DNA of 64,000 nt, from the NCBI GenBank assembly GCA_964518965.1, contig CAZFJP010000015.1:13314-77313 (forward strand), given 5' to 3'. This DNA comes from an uncultured Candidatus Saccharibacteria bacterium. GTDB lineage: Bacteria > Patescibacteriota > SOKK01. Made by a program: the position numbers and the translations under genes. Shown piece by piece: positions 29,358 through 38,147 of the stretch (position 1 is its first letter; each line of letters begins with the position of its first letter). Under the pieces are notes generated by a model. It was not told where the DNA came from and ran no database searches. It saw only the letters and a program-made list of their open reading frames with translations.

Positions 29358-30986
29358 TTGTTGTTAATTAAAGTTGCTTTAATGTCTCGCTTCTTTCGGA
29401 AAATTTTTCATCAGGAAATGGGTATTGGTTCAGCTACTTTTGTGATCGCCATGGGGTCTTTGTTGAGCCGACTTTTGGGTGTAGTCAGAAACCGTCTTTT
29501 TGCTGCAGAGTTCGGTGCGGGAGATGAATTGGATGCTTACTTTGCTGCTTTCCGCGTTCCTGATTTTTTATTGAACCTTTTAATCTTGGGTGCATTTTCC
29601 GCGGCGTTCATTCCGGTCTTTACTCACTTAATTAGTCGGAAGGAAAAAAAAAGAGCATTTGAGATTGTCAATTCGGTAGTTAATTTGGTGCTTGTTATTT
29701 TAATTGTGATTTCAGTGATCTTTTTCTTTCTTGCTCCGATTCTGATGACTCTAATTACACCTGGTTTTAGTGAGGATAAGATGAGATTGACAGTGCTTCT
29801 GACGAGAATTATGTTGTTTTCTCCTATTTTTCTGGGATTGAGCACTATTTTTGGAGGGGTTTTAAACTCCTTTCGCAAATTCTTCACTTATGCACTTGCA
29901 CCAGTGATGTATAACATCGGAATTATTTTCGGCGCACTGTTTTTAGTTCCTCTCTGGGGAATTTATGGTTTAGCAGTTGGTGTGGTAGTGGGTGCCTTGC
30001 TCCATCTGCTTGTGCAGCTGCCGGTAGTTTTTGGTATCGGCTATCGTTTTTGTTTCTTTATCAATCTTAAAGATTACTATCTAATTAAAATTGGGAAACT
30101 GATGATTCCCCGTGCGCTTGGACTAGCAGTTTCCCAAATTAATTTAGTGGTAATTACCATTATTGCCTCTACTCTTATGTCAGGAAGTATTGCTGTTTTT
30201 AATTTTGCTAATGATTTGCAAAGTTTGCCAGTGAGTATCTTTGGGGTTGCTTTTGCAACTGCGGTATTTCCGGTATTAGCAGCGTCAGTTTCTTTGAATA
30301 AAGCTAAGAAATTTGTCCGGAGTTTTAGTTACACCTTCCGCCAAATTGTTTTTCTGATAGTTCCTGCTAGTGTGGGACTGTTTCTTTTACGCGCTCAAAT
30401 CGTGCGTATCATTTTGGGGACTGGTAAGTTTGACTGGGAGGATACTTATTATACTGCAGTTACTTTGGGCTTATTCTGTTTGGGAATGATCGGGCAAGCA
30501 CTCTTGCCTCTTGTGACTCGTGCCTTTTTTGCTCTTCATGACACCAAAACCCCGGTTTTAATCAGCATAATTACGGTAGCGATTAATGTTGGTTTGAGTT
30601 TGCTTTTTGTGAGAGTGAGTGGAGTGGTTGGTTTAGCATTGGCTTTCTCATTGTCTAGTTTGATTAACTTATCTCTGCTTTACCTTTTTCTTCGCAGGAG
30701 AATCGGTAATCTTAATGATAAAGCGAATTTAATCACTTTTTTAAAATCGTTAGCTAATTCGGTAGTAATGGGTCTTTCGATTTATGGCACTCTTCATCTT
30801 GTTTCTTTGGTGGTTAATATGCAAAAAGTATGGGGGGTTGTTGTTCAAGGGAGCACTGCATTGATTGTTGGTACAATTGCCTATCTTGTTATCGCGTGGA
30901 TCTGGGAATGTGAAGAGATTGATGCTGTAAGAAGAGTAATGCGCAGATTTTTAGGAATTTCCGCCCTTGGCGGAAACTCTAGATAA
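29358..30986 (+). CDS. murJ: lipid II flippase MurJ (MviN)
   Basis: 542 aa, about 14 TM helices. N-terminus SATFVIAMGSLLSRLLGVVRNRLFAAEFGAGDELDAYFAAFRVPDFL is characteristic of MurJ. TTG start at 29358 with gtgagg SD. An alternative ATG is at 29382. Confidence 0.85.
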   Translation: MLLIKVALMSRFFRKIFHQEMGIGSATFVIAMGSLLSRLLGVVRNRLFAAEFGAGDELDAYFAAFRVPDFLLNLLILGAFSAAFIPVFTHLISRKEKKRAFEIVNSVVNLVLVILIVISVIFFFLAPILMTLITPGFSEDKMRLTVLLTRIMLFSPIFLGLSTIFGGVLNSFRKFFTYALAPVMYNIGIIFGALFLVPLWGIYGLAVGVVVGALLHLLVQLPVVFGIGYRFCFFINLKDYYLIKIGKLMIPRALGLAVSQINLVVITIIASTLMSGSIAVFNFANDLQSLPVSIFGVAFATAVFPVLAASVSLNKAKKFVRSFSYTFRQIVFLIVPASVGLFLLRAQIVRIILGTGKFDWEDTYYTAVTLGLFCLGMIGQALLPLVTRAFFALHDTKTPVLISIITVAINVGLSLLFVRVSGVVGLALAFSLSSLINLSLLYLFLRRRIGNLNDKANLITFLKSLANSVVMGLSIYGTLHLVSLVVNMQKVWGVVVQGSTALIVGTIAYLVIAWIWECEEIDAVRRVMRRFLGISALGGNSR

Positions 30987-31010
30987 TTTTATAATTTTTA
31001 ACTATTTGCA

Positions 31011-31685
31011 ATGAAAAAAAGTTCTCCGGTTAAAAAAGTAAATCTCAAAAATATTCCCAGTCCTAAAATAGAACAAATCCAGAAAAAGAGAAGTAAGTTT
31101 TGGTTCTGCTTTTTGGTTTTTTTAATTGTTTTTTTGGTGGTTATTTTCTTGGTGTTACCATCCTTAGTCGCAGCACTGGGAGTTATTAAAGTGCCGGTAT
31201 TAAGTAGAATTTTTTATCACTCTAAACGTCCCAATGTTGAGTTTGAAGTTCCCTCTAAGGAACTTTTAAAAATGAACTTTGATGTTTTGCGTAATGCGAA
31301 AGGTGAACCCTATGCGGTGAGAGCCTCCGAAAAAGATTTTAACTCGTATCTCATTCCTAAGGTGACTAAAGAAACCGATGTTATTCAAGATCCAATTTTC
31401 TTGTTGCGCCAGGATGAAATTGAAATCTGGGCTAAGGTTAGAAGAAGCATCATTGATGCTGACCTTAATGTTACTTTACAGGCAAAATTAGAGAAGGGGA
31501 AAATCTCGGTTACTTTGACAAAAGTAAAGTTGGGTCGTCTCAGTATTCCGGGAGGTTATTTAACTAGTTTCTCGGATGAAATTAATAAACAATTACAGCA
31601 AGAAGTAATGAAGAATGAGAATGTGATGTTGGATAAATTGACGATTAGGAAAGGCATGATGATTATTGAGGGAAAGGCTAGATAA
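31011..31685 (+). CDS. membrane-anchored hypothetical protein
   Basis: 224 aa. One TM helix (FWFCFLVFLIVFLVVIFLVL). No recognised domain. Confidence 0.4.
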   Translation: MKKSSPVKKVNLKNIPSPKIEQIQKKRSKFWFCFLVFLIVFLVVIFLVLPSLVAALGVIKVPVLSRIFYHSKRPNVEFEVPSKELLKMNFDVLRNAKGEPYAVRASEKDFNSYLIPKVTKETDVIQDPIFLLRQDEIEIWAKVRRSIIDADLNVTLQAKLEKGKISVTLTKVKLGRLSIPGGYLTSFSDEINKQLQQEVMKNENVMLDKLTIRKGMMIIEGKAR

Positions 31686-31762
31686 ACTTAATAAATTTAA
31701 AACGAGAAACGAAAAATTCGGAAACGGAAAGTGACCCAACTTATTTTCTAAAAGAGGGGACT

Positions 31763-32131
31763 ATGAAACAAAAAGTTTATGACATCGATTTAAGGTGCAT
31801 TGACTTCACAGTTAAAATTATCAAACTTGCATATAGACTGAGAAAAGTTCCGAGTATGAACTAGCAGGGTAAGTTGTTAGGTCTGTAGGTTCAGTTGGAG
31901 TTAATCTGGTAGAGATTCAAGGCGGCGAGATCAAAAAGCGAGATCAAAAGGTGAATTCATCAGCATTGTTTTAATCTCTTTGGATAAGCAAAGGAAACAA
32001 TTTATTGGCTGAATGTGATATTAGAAATTGGTATTGTTTCTTCCCAACAGGTTTCTAGATTAAAAAACGAGATCGGAGAAATTGCTAAAATTATTGCCCC
32101 AATAATTATCAACCATCGTAGAACTCCTTAA
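31763..32131 (+). pseudogene. frameshifted four-helix-bundle protein (23S-rRNA-IVS-protein-like) remnant
   Basis: Three in-frame segments separated by at least 2 frameshifts: MKQKVYDIDLRCIDFTVKIIKLAYRLRKVP.. / ..RSVGSVGVNLVEIQGGEIKKRDQKVNSSALF / ..ETIYWLNVILEIGIVSSQQVSRLKNEIGEIAKIIAPIIINHRRT. They follow the motif order of the TIGR02436-type four-helix-bundle proteins (..SxGANIAEG...FI.FL.IA.GS..E..YWL.L..). Confidence 0.55.
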
Positions 32132-32164
32132 TAGTTTTTCGTTTAGACATTTTGATCTGATAAA

Positions 32165-33955
32165 GTGCCCAGTTTTAGGAATTTTTGTATCATAGCCCAT
32201 ATAGATCACGGTAAGTCCACGTTGGCTGACCGTTTTTTGGAGTTGACTAAAACCATTGATCCCCGAGAGATGAAGGATCAAATTCTTGATCAGATGGATC
32301 TGGAAAGAGAGAAGCAAATTACAATTAAATTACAACCGGTGCAGATGGAATATACTTATAATGGTCAGCAATATCTTTTGAATTTGATTGATACGCCGGG
32401 CCATGTAGATTTTACCTATGAGGTATCGCGTAGTTTAGCTGCCTGTGAGGGAGCTATTCTGCTTGTAGATGCGACACAGGGGATTGAAGCACAAACTTTG
32501 GCCAATGCCCATCTTGCCATAGATCAAGGTTTAGTAATTATTCCGGCAGTAAACAAAATTGATCTTCCTAATGCGGAGCCAGAAAAGCGCGCCGAGGAAC
32601 TAGCAAAGTTTCTAGATATTGACCAGAGTGAAGTGCTACTAGTTTCTGCGAAAGAAGGAAAAGAAGTGAAAGAATTACTGGAAAAGGTAATTGAAAAAGT
32701 TTCTGCACCTAAAGATAATTCCAAAGAGCCATTACGGGCATTGGTTTTTGATTCTAAATTTGATTCTTATAAAGGTGTTGTTGCTTACGTAAGAGTATTT
32801 GATGGGGAATTAACCAAAGAAACTGAACTCGCCTTCAAGGCAACGAAAACCAAAATCAAACCGCTGGAATTAGGTGTCTTAAAGCCAAAATTTGTCTCAA
32901 GAGAAAAGATTGCTAACGGGGAAATTGGTTACATTGTGACAGGATTAAAAGACCTAACCCAGTGTCAGGTTGGTGACACGATTGTTTTAGCGAAAGATTT
33001 GGAGACAGTTGAGCCGCTGCCGGGTTATAAAAAAGTAAAGCCGTTCGTTTACGCTGGATTTTTCTGCAAAGACGGTGATGATTATCCGGAACTAAAGGTT
33101 GCTTTAGAGAAATTGAAACTAAACGATGCCGCGTTAGTGTTTGAGCCGGAACGATCTAAGGCACTTGGCTTTGGATTTCGTTGTGGTTTTTTGGGATTAC
33201 TTCATCTAGAAGTTATCCAAGAGCGACTCAAGCGTGAATTCGATTTGGATTTATTAATTACCACCCCGAGTGTTTCCTACCAGATAGTTTTGACTAATAA
33301 AAAACAATTGGTAGTTCACAGCGCAATTGAATTACCTGAACAAAATCAAATTAAGGAAATTTCTGAGCCCTGGGTGAACTTGGAAATCATCACTCCAAAT
33401 GAATATCTAGGGAGAGTAATGGAATTAGTGCAAAATAAAAGGGGCATTTATAAAAATACGGGATATTTAGGAACGCAAAGAGCGGTTTTGTACTATGAAA
33501 TGCCTTTGAGTGAGGTGATTATTGATTTTTATGACCAGCTAAAAAGTGTCAGTTCCGGCTATGCATCAATGAATTATGACTTCATTGATTATCGCAAGAC
33601 AGAATTAGCGAAATTAGAGGTTTTAATTGCCGGGGAAAAGGTGGAAGCGCTTTCACAATTGATATTTAAAGATAAAGCGGAGCGCATTGCTCGTTATTTG
33701 GCGAAACGTTTGAAAGAAACTATTCCGCGTCAAATGTTTGAAGTACCTATCCAGGTGGCTCGTAATGGAGAAATTATCGCTCGCGAGACCTTAGGCGCAA
33801 TGCGTAAGGATGTTACTGAGAAATTATACGGTGGTGATGTTTCGCGCAAAAAGAAATTGCTAGAGAAGCAGAAAAAGGGTAAGAAAAAAATGAAAATACT
33901 AGGAAAATTGGACTTACCACAGGAAGTTTATTGGGCGGTATTAAAAAAGAAATAA
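32165..33955 (+). CDS. lepA: elongation factor 4 (LepA)
   Basis: 596 aa. FCIIAHIDHGKSTLADR G1 motif, DTPGHVDF, NKID, LepA-specific C-terminal domain. GTG start. Confidence 0.95.
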   Translation: MPSFRNFCIIAHIDHGKSTLADRFLELTKTIDPREMKDQILDQMDLEREKQITIKLQPVQMEYTYNGQQYLLNLIDTPGHVDFTYEVSRSLAACEGAILLVDATQGIEAQTLANAHLAIDQGLVIIPAVNKIDLPNAEPEKRAEELAKFLDIDQSEVLLVSAKEGKEVKELLEKVIEKVSAPKDNSKEPLRALVFDSKFDSYKGVVAYVRVFDGELTKETELAFKATKTKIKPLELGVLKPKFVSREKIANGEIGYIVTGLKDLTQCQVGDTIVLAKDLETVEPLPGYKKVKPFVYAGFFCKDGDDYPELKVALEKLKLNDAALVFEPERSKALGFGFRCGFLGLLHLEVIQERLKREFDLDLLITTPSVSYQIVLTNKKQLVVHSAIELPEQNQIKEISEPWVNLEIITPNEYLGRVMELVQNKRGIYKNTGYLGTQRAVLYYEMPLSEVIIDFYDQLKSVSSGYASMNYDFIDYRKTELAKLEVLIAGEKVEALSQLIFKDKAERIARYLAKRLKETIPRQMFEVPIQVARNGEIIARETLGAMRKDVTEKLYGGDVSRKKKLLEKQKKGKKKMKILGKLDLPQEVYWAVLKKK

Positions 33956-33983
33956 AAAAACCGTCCATAACCGGACGGTTTTG
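33954..33983 (+). terminator. rho-independent terminator after lepA
   Basis: ccgtcc ataacc ggacgg followed by ttttgg, preceded by an A-run. Confidence 0.7.
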
Positions 33984-34438
33984 GATAGAAAGACATCGAT
34001 AGATACTACCACAGACCATAGCAAAAAGGTAGTTGAGCCAAGCACGGACGCGATCTAGGTGGATTACAATGACAGGCGCTAATCCGCAAGCGGACAGCAC
34101 AGTTATAGTTACGATGACATCAGTCATATCTTGTTTCTCCGGGATGTCTTGTGATCACGACGAAATTTATGGAGGAATATGATGATTCCTACCCCAAGTC
34201 CTCCATAGATAATGATACAGAGAATCTTGAGAAAAGCGGGATGGGTAATGATTGCGCTCATCATGCTACTCCTTTTTTCCTGAAGAGACTCTTGATCTTT
34301 TTTCACTGCCGTTCTCCCCATGGAGTGCTACGCGCGACAGCAGCGGAGATGTAAATCATGAAAACGGAAATTACTCCCCACTCAAAGACACCCATCTGCT
34401 GATGCATCGCGACCTCACTCTCTTTTAAAAGGACAAGG

Positions 34439-35389
34439 ATGAAAGATATCGTTAAACTTTTTAAACCTAAAGAAAAAATTATCATTGCCGCTTCAGGCGG
34501 TCCGGATTCAATGTGTCTTTTAGATCTTTTGCGGAAATTACAGCCAAGACTAAAACTCCAACTTATTGTAGCACATGTTAACTATGGCTTGCGAGGGAAA
34601 GCGTCTGATCATGATGAGAAACTAGTCATCGACTACTGTAAGCAGCATAACTTAGCATATAAAATTAAAAGAATCAAGGGTCTTTTTCCGCGAACCACTA
34701 GCGAAGAACACCTTCGCGACCTGCGCTATCAATTTCTCAGAAAAATTTTAAAAAAATATCATTTTAATCGAGTTGCCATCGCGCATACATTAGATGATCA
34801 GGTCGAAACAGTCCTAATGCGCATTCTGCGGGGCAGTGGTCTGCGTGGCTTACGTGGTATGTTAGTTCGACGAGAACAAATTGTTCGTCCATTAATCAAT
34901 TACTATCGCAAAGACACATTAAGTTATTGCAAAAAATATAAAGTACCTTATCGTATTGACTGTTCTAATGTTAATCTCAAGTTTTTTCGTAATCAGGTCC
35001 GCCTCAAAGTTATTCCTTTTCTTAAAAAGTATAGCTCTGATATTCTTACTAACCTGAAACGGCTAGGCGAGCTCTCCCAGCGAGATTATTCCTTTATTGA
35101 AGTAGAAGCCCGGAAGAAACTTCATAATTTAAAGTCTCGAACCATAAGAAAAGGAATGGTTCTGGACTATCAAAAATGGCTAAAATTACATGAAGCACTA
35201 AAGTATGAGGTATTAAGACAGGCAATTCTTGAAATTAAGGGTGACTTAAATCGTATTAAACTGATTCATCTCGATCAGGTAGTGACAATGCTCAAGAGGG
35301 GCATCGGTAGGAAACACAAAGTACTACCCAGCGGATTGAAGATTGAGTTATTAAATGCTAAAATCAAAATAGTCCTTAAACGAGTATAA
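34439..35389 (+). CDS. tilS: tRNA(Ile)-lysidine synthetase
   Basis: 316 aa. PP-loop SGGPDS (IIAASGGPDSMCLL), HVNYGLR. Confidence 0.85.
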   Translation: MKDIVKLFKPKEKIIIAASGGPDSMCLLDLLRKLQPRLKLQLIVAHVNYGLRGKASDHDEKLVIDYCKQHNLAYKIKRIKGLFPRTTSEEHLRDLRYQFLRKILKKYHFNRVAIAHTLDDQVETVLMRILRGSGLRGLRGMLVRREQIVRPLINYYRKDTLSYCKKYKVPYRIDCSNVNLKFFRNQVRLKVIPFLKKYSSDILTNLKRLGELSQRDYSFIEVEARKKLHNLKSRTIRKGMVLDYQKWLKLHEALKYEVLRQAILEIKGDLNRIKLIHLDQVVTMLKRGIGRKHKVLPSGLKIELLNAKIKIVLKRV

Positions 35390-35390
35390 A

Positions 35391-37187
35391 ATGCAGTCAA
35401 ATCTGCTCCGCAATGGAGCTTACATTCTAGTTGTTTTCTTGATCTTGTTCGGGTTATACGCTTTGTTTAATCCTAGCCGAGAACAAGCACAAAATGTTTC
35501 TTTAACTGAATTAGTTGATCAGGTAAACCAAGGGAAAGTGAGTAAAATTACCGTGGAAGGTAATGATCTTAAAATTGATTTGAAAAATGGCGGCAAAGAA
35601 ATTTCTCAAAAAGAAGAGAATATTTCCCTGAAAGAATATGGTATTGATCCAAGCAAAGTAACAATTGATGTTAAGAATAAAAGTGACAATAGTTTGTGGC
35701 TTACGCTGTTAATTAACTTTTTGCCATTCTTACTTTTAATTGGTTTCTTTTGGTTTATCATGCGTCAGGCGCAACGAGGCAGCAGCCAAGCGTTGTCATT
35801 TGGGCAAAGTACCGCCCGTTTAGCGCAAATTAACGGCAAAAATAAGGTTACCTTTGCAGATGTCGCTGGTGCGGAGGAGGCAAAGCAAGAGTTACTAGAA
35901 GTAGTTGATTTCTTAAAAAGTCCTCAAAAGTATCGCAGAATTGGTGCAAAAATCCCTAAAGGAGTATTACTTGTTGGTCCTCCAGGAACAGGGAAGACCT
36001 TGTTAGCGAAAGCAGTTGCGGGTGAGGCAGATGTTCCTTTCTTTAATATCTCTGGTTCTGAGTTTGTGGAAATGTTTGTTGGTGTCGGTGCCTCTCGCGT
36101 GCGTGACTTATTTAACAAAGCAAAGAAAAATGCTCCCTGTATTGTTTTCATTGATGAAATTGATGCTGTTGGTCGTCAACGTGGTGCGGGTTTAGGTGGT
36201 AGCCATGATGAACGTGAGCAAACTTTAAATCAGATTCTTGTTGAAATGGATGGGTTTGGTACCGATACTAATGTTATCGTCATGGCTGCGACTAATCGAC
36301 CGGATGTTTTGGATCCGGCTCTGCTTCGTCCCGGTCGTTTTGACCGCCGGGTAGTGATTGTGATGCCGGACATCAAGGAGCGGGAAGCAATTCTTAAAGT
36401 ACATATGAAAGATAAGCCGCTGGCGAGTACTGTAGATATTAAAAAAATTGCTCGCCAGACCGCTGGTTTTTCCGGTGCCGATTTAGCGAATTTAGTGAAT
36501 GAGGCGGCAATTTTAGCGGCACGCTTTGATAAGAAACAAATCGGGATGAAGGAGTTTGCCGAAGCAACCGAGAAAGTGATGCTTGGTCCGGAGCGAAAGA
36601 GCCATATTTTGAGTAAAGAAGAAAGAGAGGTCACTGCCTATCATGAGGCAGGACATGCTTTAGTTTCTAATTTATTGCCTAAGTGCGACCCGGTTCATAA
36701 AATTTCCATTATTTCCCGCGGTATGGCAGCCGGTTATACTTGGAATCTTCCCGAGAAAGATCTTTATCTCAATTCTCAATCTAAATTTGAAGATGACTTG
36801 GCGGCGTTACTTGCCGGTCGCGCCGCGGAAGAAATTATTTTTGGGGAAGTGACCACTGGTGCGGAAAATGATTTAAGAAAAGCGACAAAGATTGCTCGTG
36901 ATATGGTGAAGGATTATGGAATGAGTGGTCTTGGTCCCTTAACTTTTGGTGAAAGGGAAGAGTTGGTATTTTTGGGTCGTGAGTTAGGGGAACATAAAAC
37001 TTATAGCGAGCAGATTGCTGCAAAAATTGATGAAGAAATCCAAAGAATTATTGAGAAAGCTTACAAGAGAGCAACTAGTTTGCTTCGTAAAAACCGTGCT
37101 AAGTTAACAAAATTAGCGGAAATTTTGATAGAGAAGGAAACTGTGGAGGGGGATGAATTTCATCGGATCGTGGGGAGGAAAAAATAG
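35391..37187 (+). CDS. ftsH: ATP-dependent zinc metalloprotease FtsH
   Basis: 598 aa. N-terminal TM pair, AAA Walker [17 protein letters not shown] region, HEAGHAL zinc motif. Confidence 0.95.
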   Translation: MQSNLLRNGAYILVVFLILFGLYALFNPSREQAQNVSLTELVDQVNQGKVSKITVEGNDLKIDLKNGGKEISQKEENISLKEYGIDPSKVTIDVKNKSDNSLWLTLLINFLPFLLLIGFFWFIMRQAQRGSSQALSFGQSTARLAQINGKNKVTFADVAGAEEAKQELLEVVDFLKSPQKYRRIGAKIPKGVLLVGPPGTGKTLLAKAVAGEADVPFFNISGSEFVEMFVGVGASRVRDLFNKAKKNAPCIVFIDEIDAVGRQRGAGLGGSHDEREQTLNQILVEMDGFGTDTNVIVMAATNRPDVLDPALLRPGRFDRRVVIVMPDIKEREAILKVHMKDKPLASTVDIKKIARQTAGFSGADLANLVNEAAILAARFDKKQIGMKEFAEATEKVMLGPERKSHILSKEEREVTAYHEAGHALVSNLLPKCDPVHKISIISRGMAAGYTWNLPEKDLYLNSQSKFEDDLAALLAGRAAEEIIFGEVTTGAENDLRKATKIARDMVKDYGMSGLGPLTFGEREELVFLGRELGEHKTYSEQIAAKIDEEIQRIIEKAYKRATSLLRKNRAKLTKLAEILIEKETVEGDEFHRIVGRKK

Positions 37188-37232
37188 CTTAAGGACGATC
37201 CACGAATTGCCCCATTCAGATAAAATAATGAA

Positions 37233-37259
37233 CCCCGCTGTAAAAGCGGATTTTTTTTG
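37233..37259 (+). terminator. rho-independent terminator after ftsH
   Basis: ccgct gtaaa agcgg followed by tttttttt. A second long imperfect hairpin 37270-37345 probably terminates the convergent minus-strand gene. Confidence 0.65.
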
Positions 37260-37352
37260 AAATAAAAAAGCGCCCGAGTATTGGGTACGTTTGCTCTGTT
37301 ATTTTTTATTGGAGAACAGAGGACGCGTTCCCAAATACCCAGGCGCGAAATA

Positions 37353-37850
37353 CTAGCGAAAGAGCGCCTTGACTCTTCCGGCGCTGGAAGACGCGACGCC
37401 GGAGTTAGAAAGGTTGTTAAACGACTCATAGAACGTTCCGCAGTGGAACTCGTCGATCTTCACGGAAGACGACGTCGTAAGACCACTGAACTTTAACGTT
37501 ATGTTGCCGTTTGTGGGCGGTGAGCCGTTGAGGTTGAAATTAATCTTTGTCCAGACGTTTGCGGGAATATTATTCTCGCGATAGGTGAAGCTTCCGATTT
37601 GAACCTCAAAGCTCGCCCCGCTTGTCGGGATGAAGATGTAAACCGATCCCGTTTGGGTAACGCCGTTTACCTGGATGCACTGGATGATGGCGTAGCTCGG
37701 GTCGTAGCTTACGACGGCGCAACCGTTCTGGTAACCGCTTCCGCCGGTGATCGATTTCCCTGCGAGGAGATTCCACGGGTGGTCGAAGTTAGCCGCGGTG
37801 GCGAATACTACCGCTGCGGCTAAGCAAAGGATAAAAGCTACCTTCTTCAT
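37353..37850 (-). CDS. secreted hypothetical protein encoded on a GC-rich island
   Basis: 165 aa. Signal peptide MKKVAFILCLAAAVVFATA. Local GC is clearly above the window background (many GC3 codons). No domain recognised. Confidence 0.45.
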   Translation of the reverse strand: MKKVAFILCLAAAVVFATAANFDHPWNLLAGKSITGGSGYQNGCAVVSYDPSYAIIQCIQVNGVTQTGSVYIFIPTSGASFEVQIGSFTYRENNIPANVWTKINFNLNGSPPTNGNITLKFSGLTTSSSVKIDEFHCGTFYESFNNLSNSGVASSSAGRVKALFR

Positions 37851-37992
37851 CGCTATCCCTCCTTTGAAGGGAATGATTTTATGTTATGTATAGGTGCGTG
37901 CATCCCGTTCGTAATAAACGGGACAAGTTAAATTAGCATATATTTAAAACGTTGTCAATTTTGGGCTTTTTCCCCATTTTCTCCCCTTGCTC

Positions 37993-38021
37993 TTGACAAG
38001 AGTTTTCTGATATGCTAAATT
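37993..38021 (+). promoter_or_regulatory. sigma70-like promoter for giant surface-protein gene
   Basis: TTGACA (37993-37998), 17 nt, TAAATT (38016-38021). SD aggag at about 38131. Confidence 0.5.
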
Positions 38022-38147
38022 AGGCAGTCGCTTCAGAATCAGTAACTCTAACTTCCCAAATCATAAGGAGGGGAAAGCATATTTTGCAGCCCCCTTTTTA
38101 ATTATCCAATTTTGTTTTATTTATAATAATAATTAGGAGTAAAAACT

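Noticed and set aside
36230-36634. 134-aa minus-strand ORF
   Set aside because: Antisense inside ftsH.
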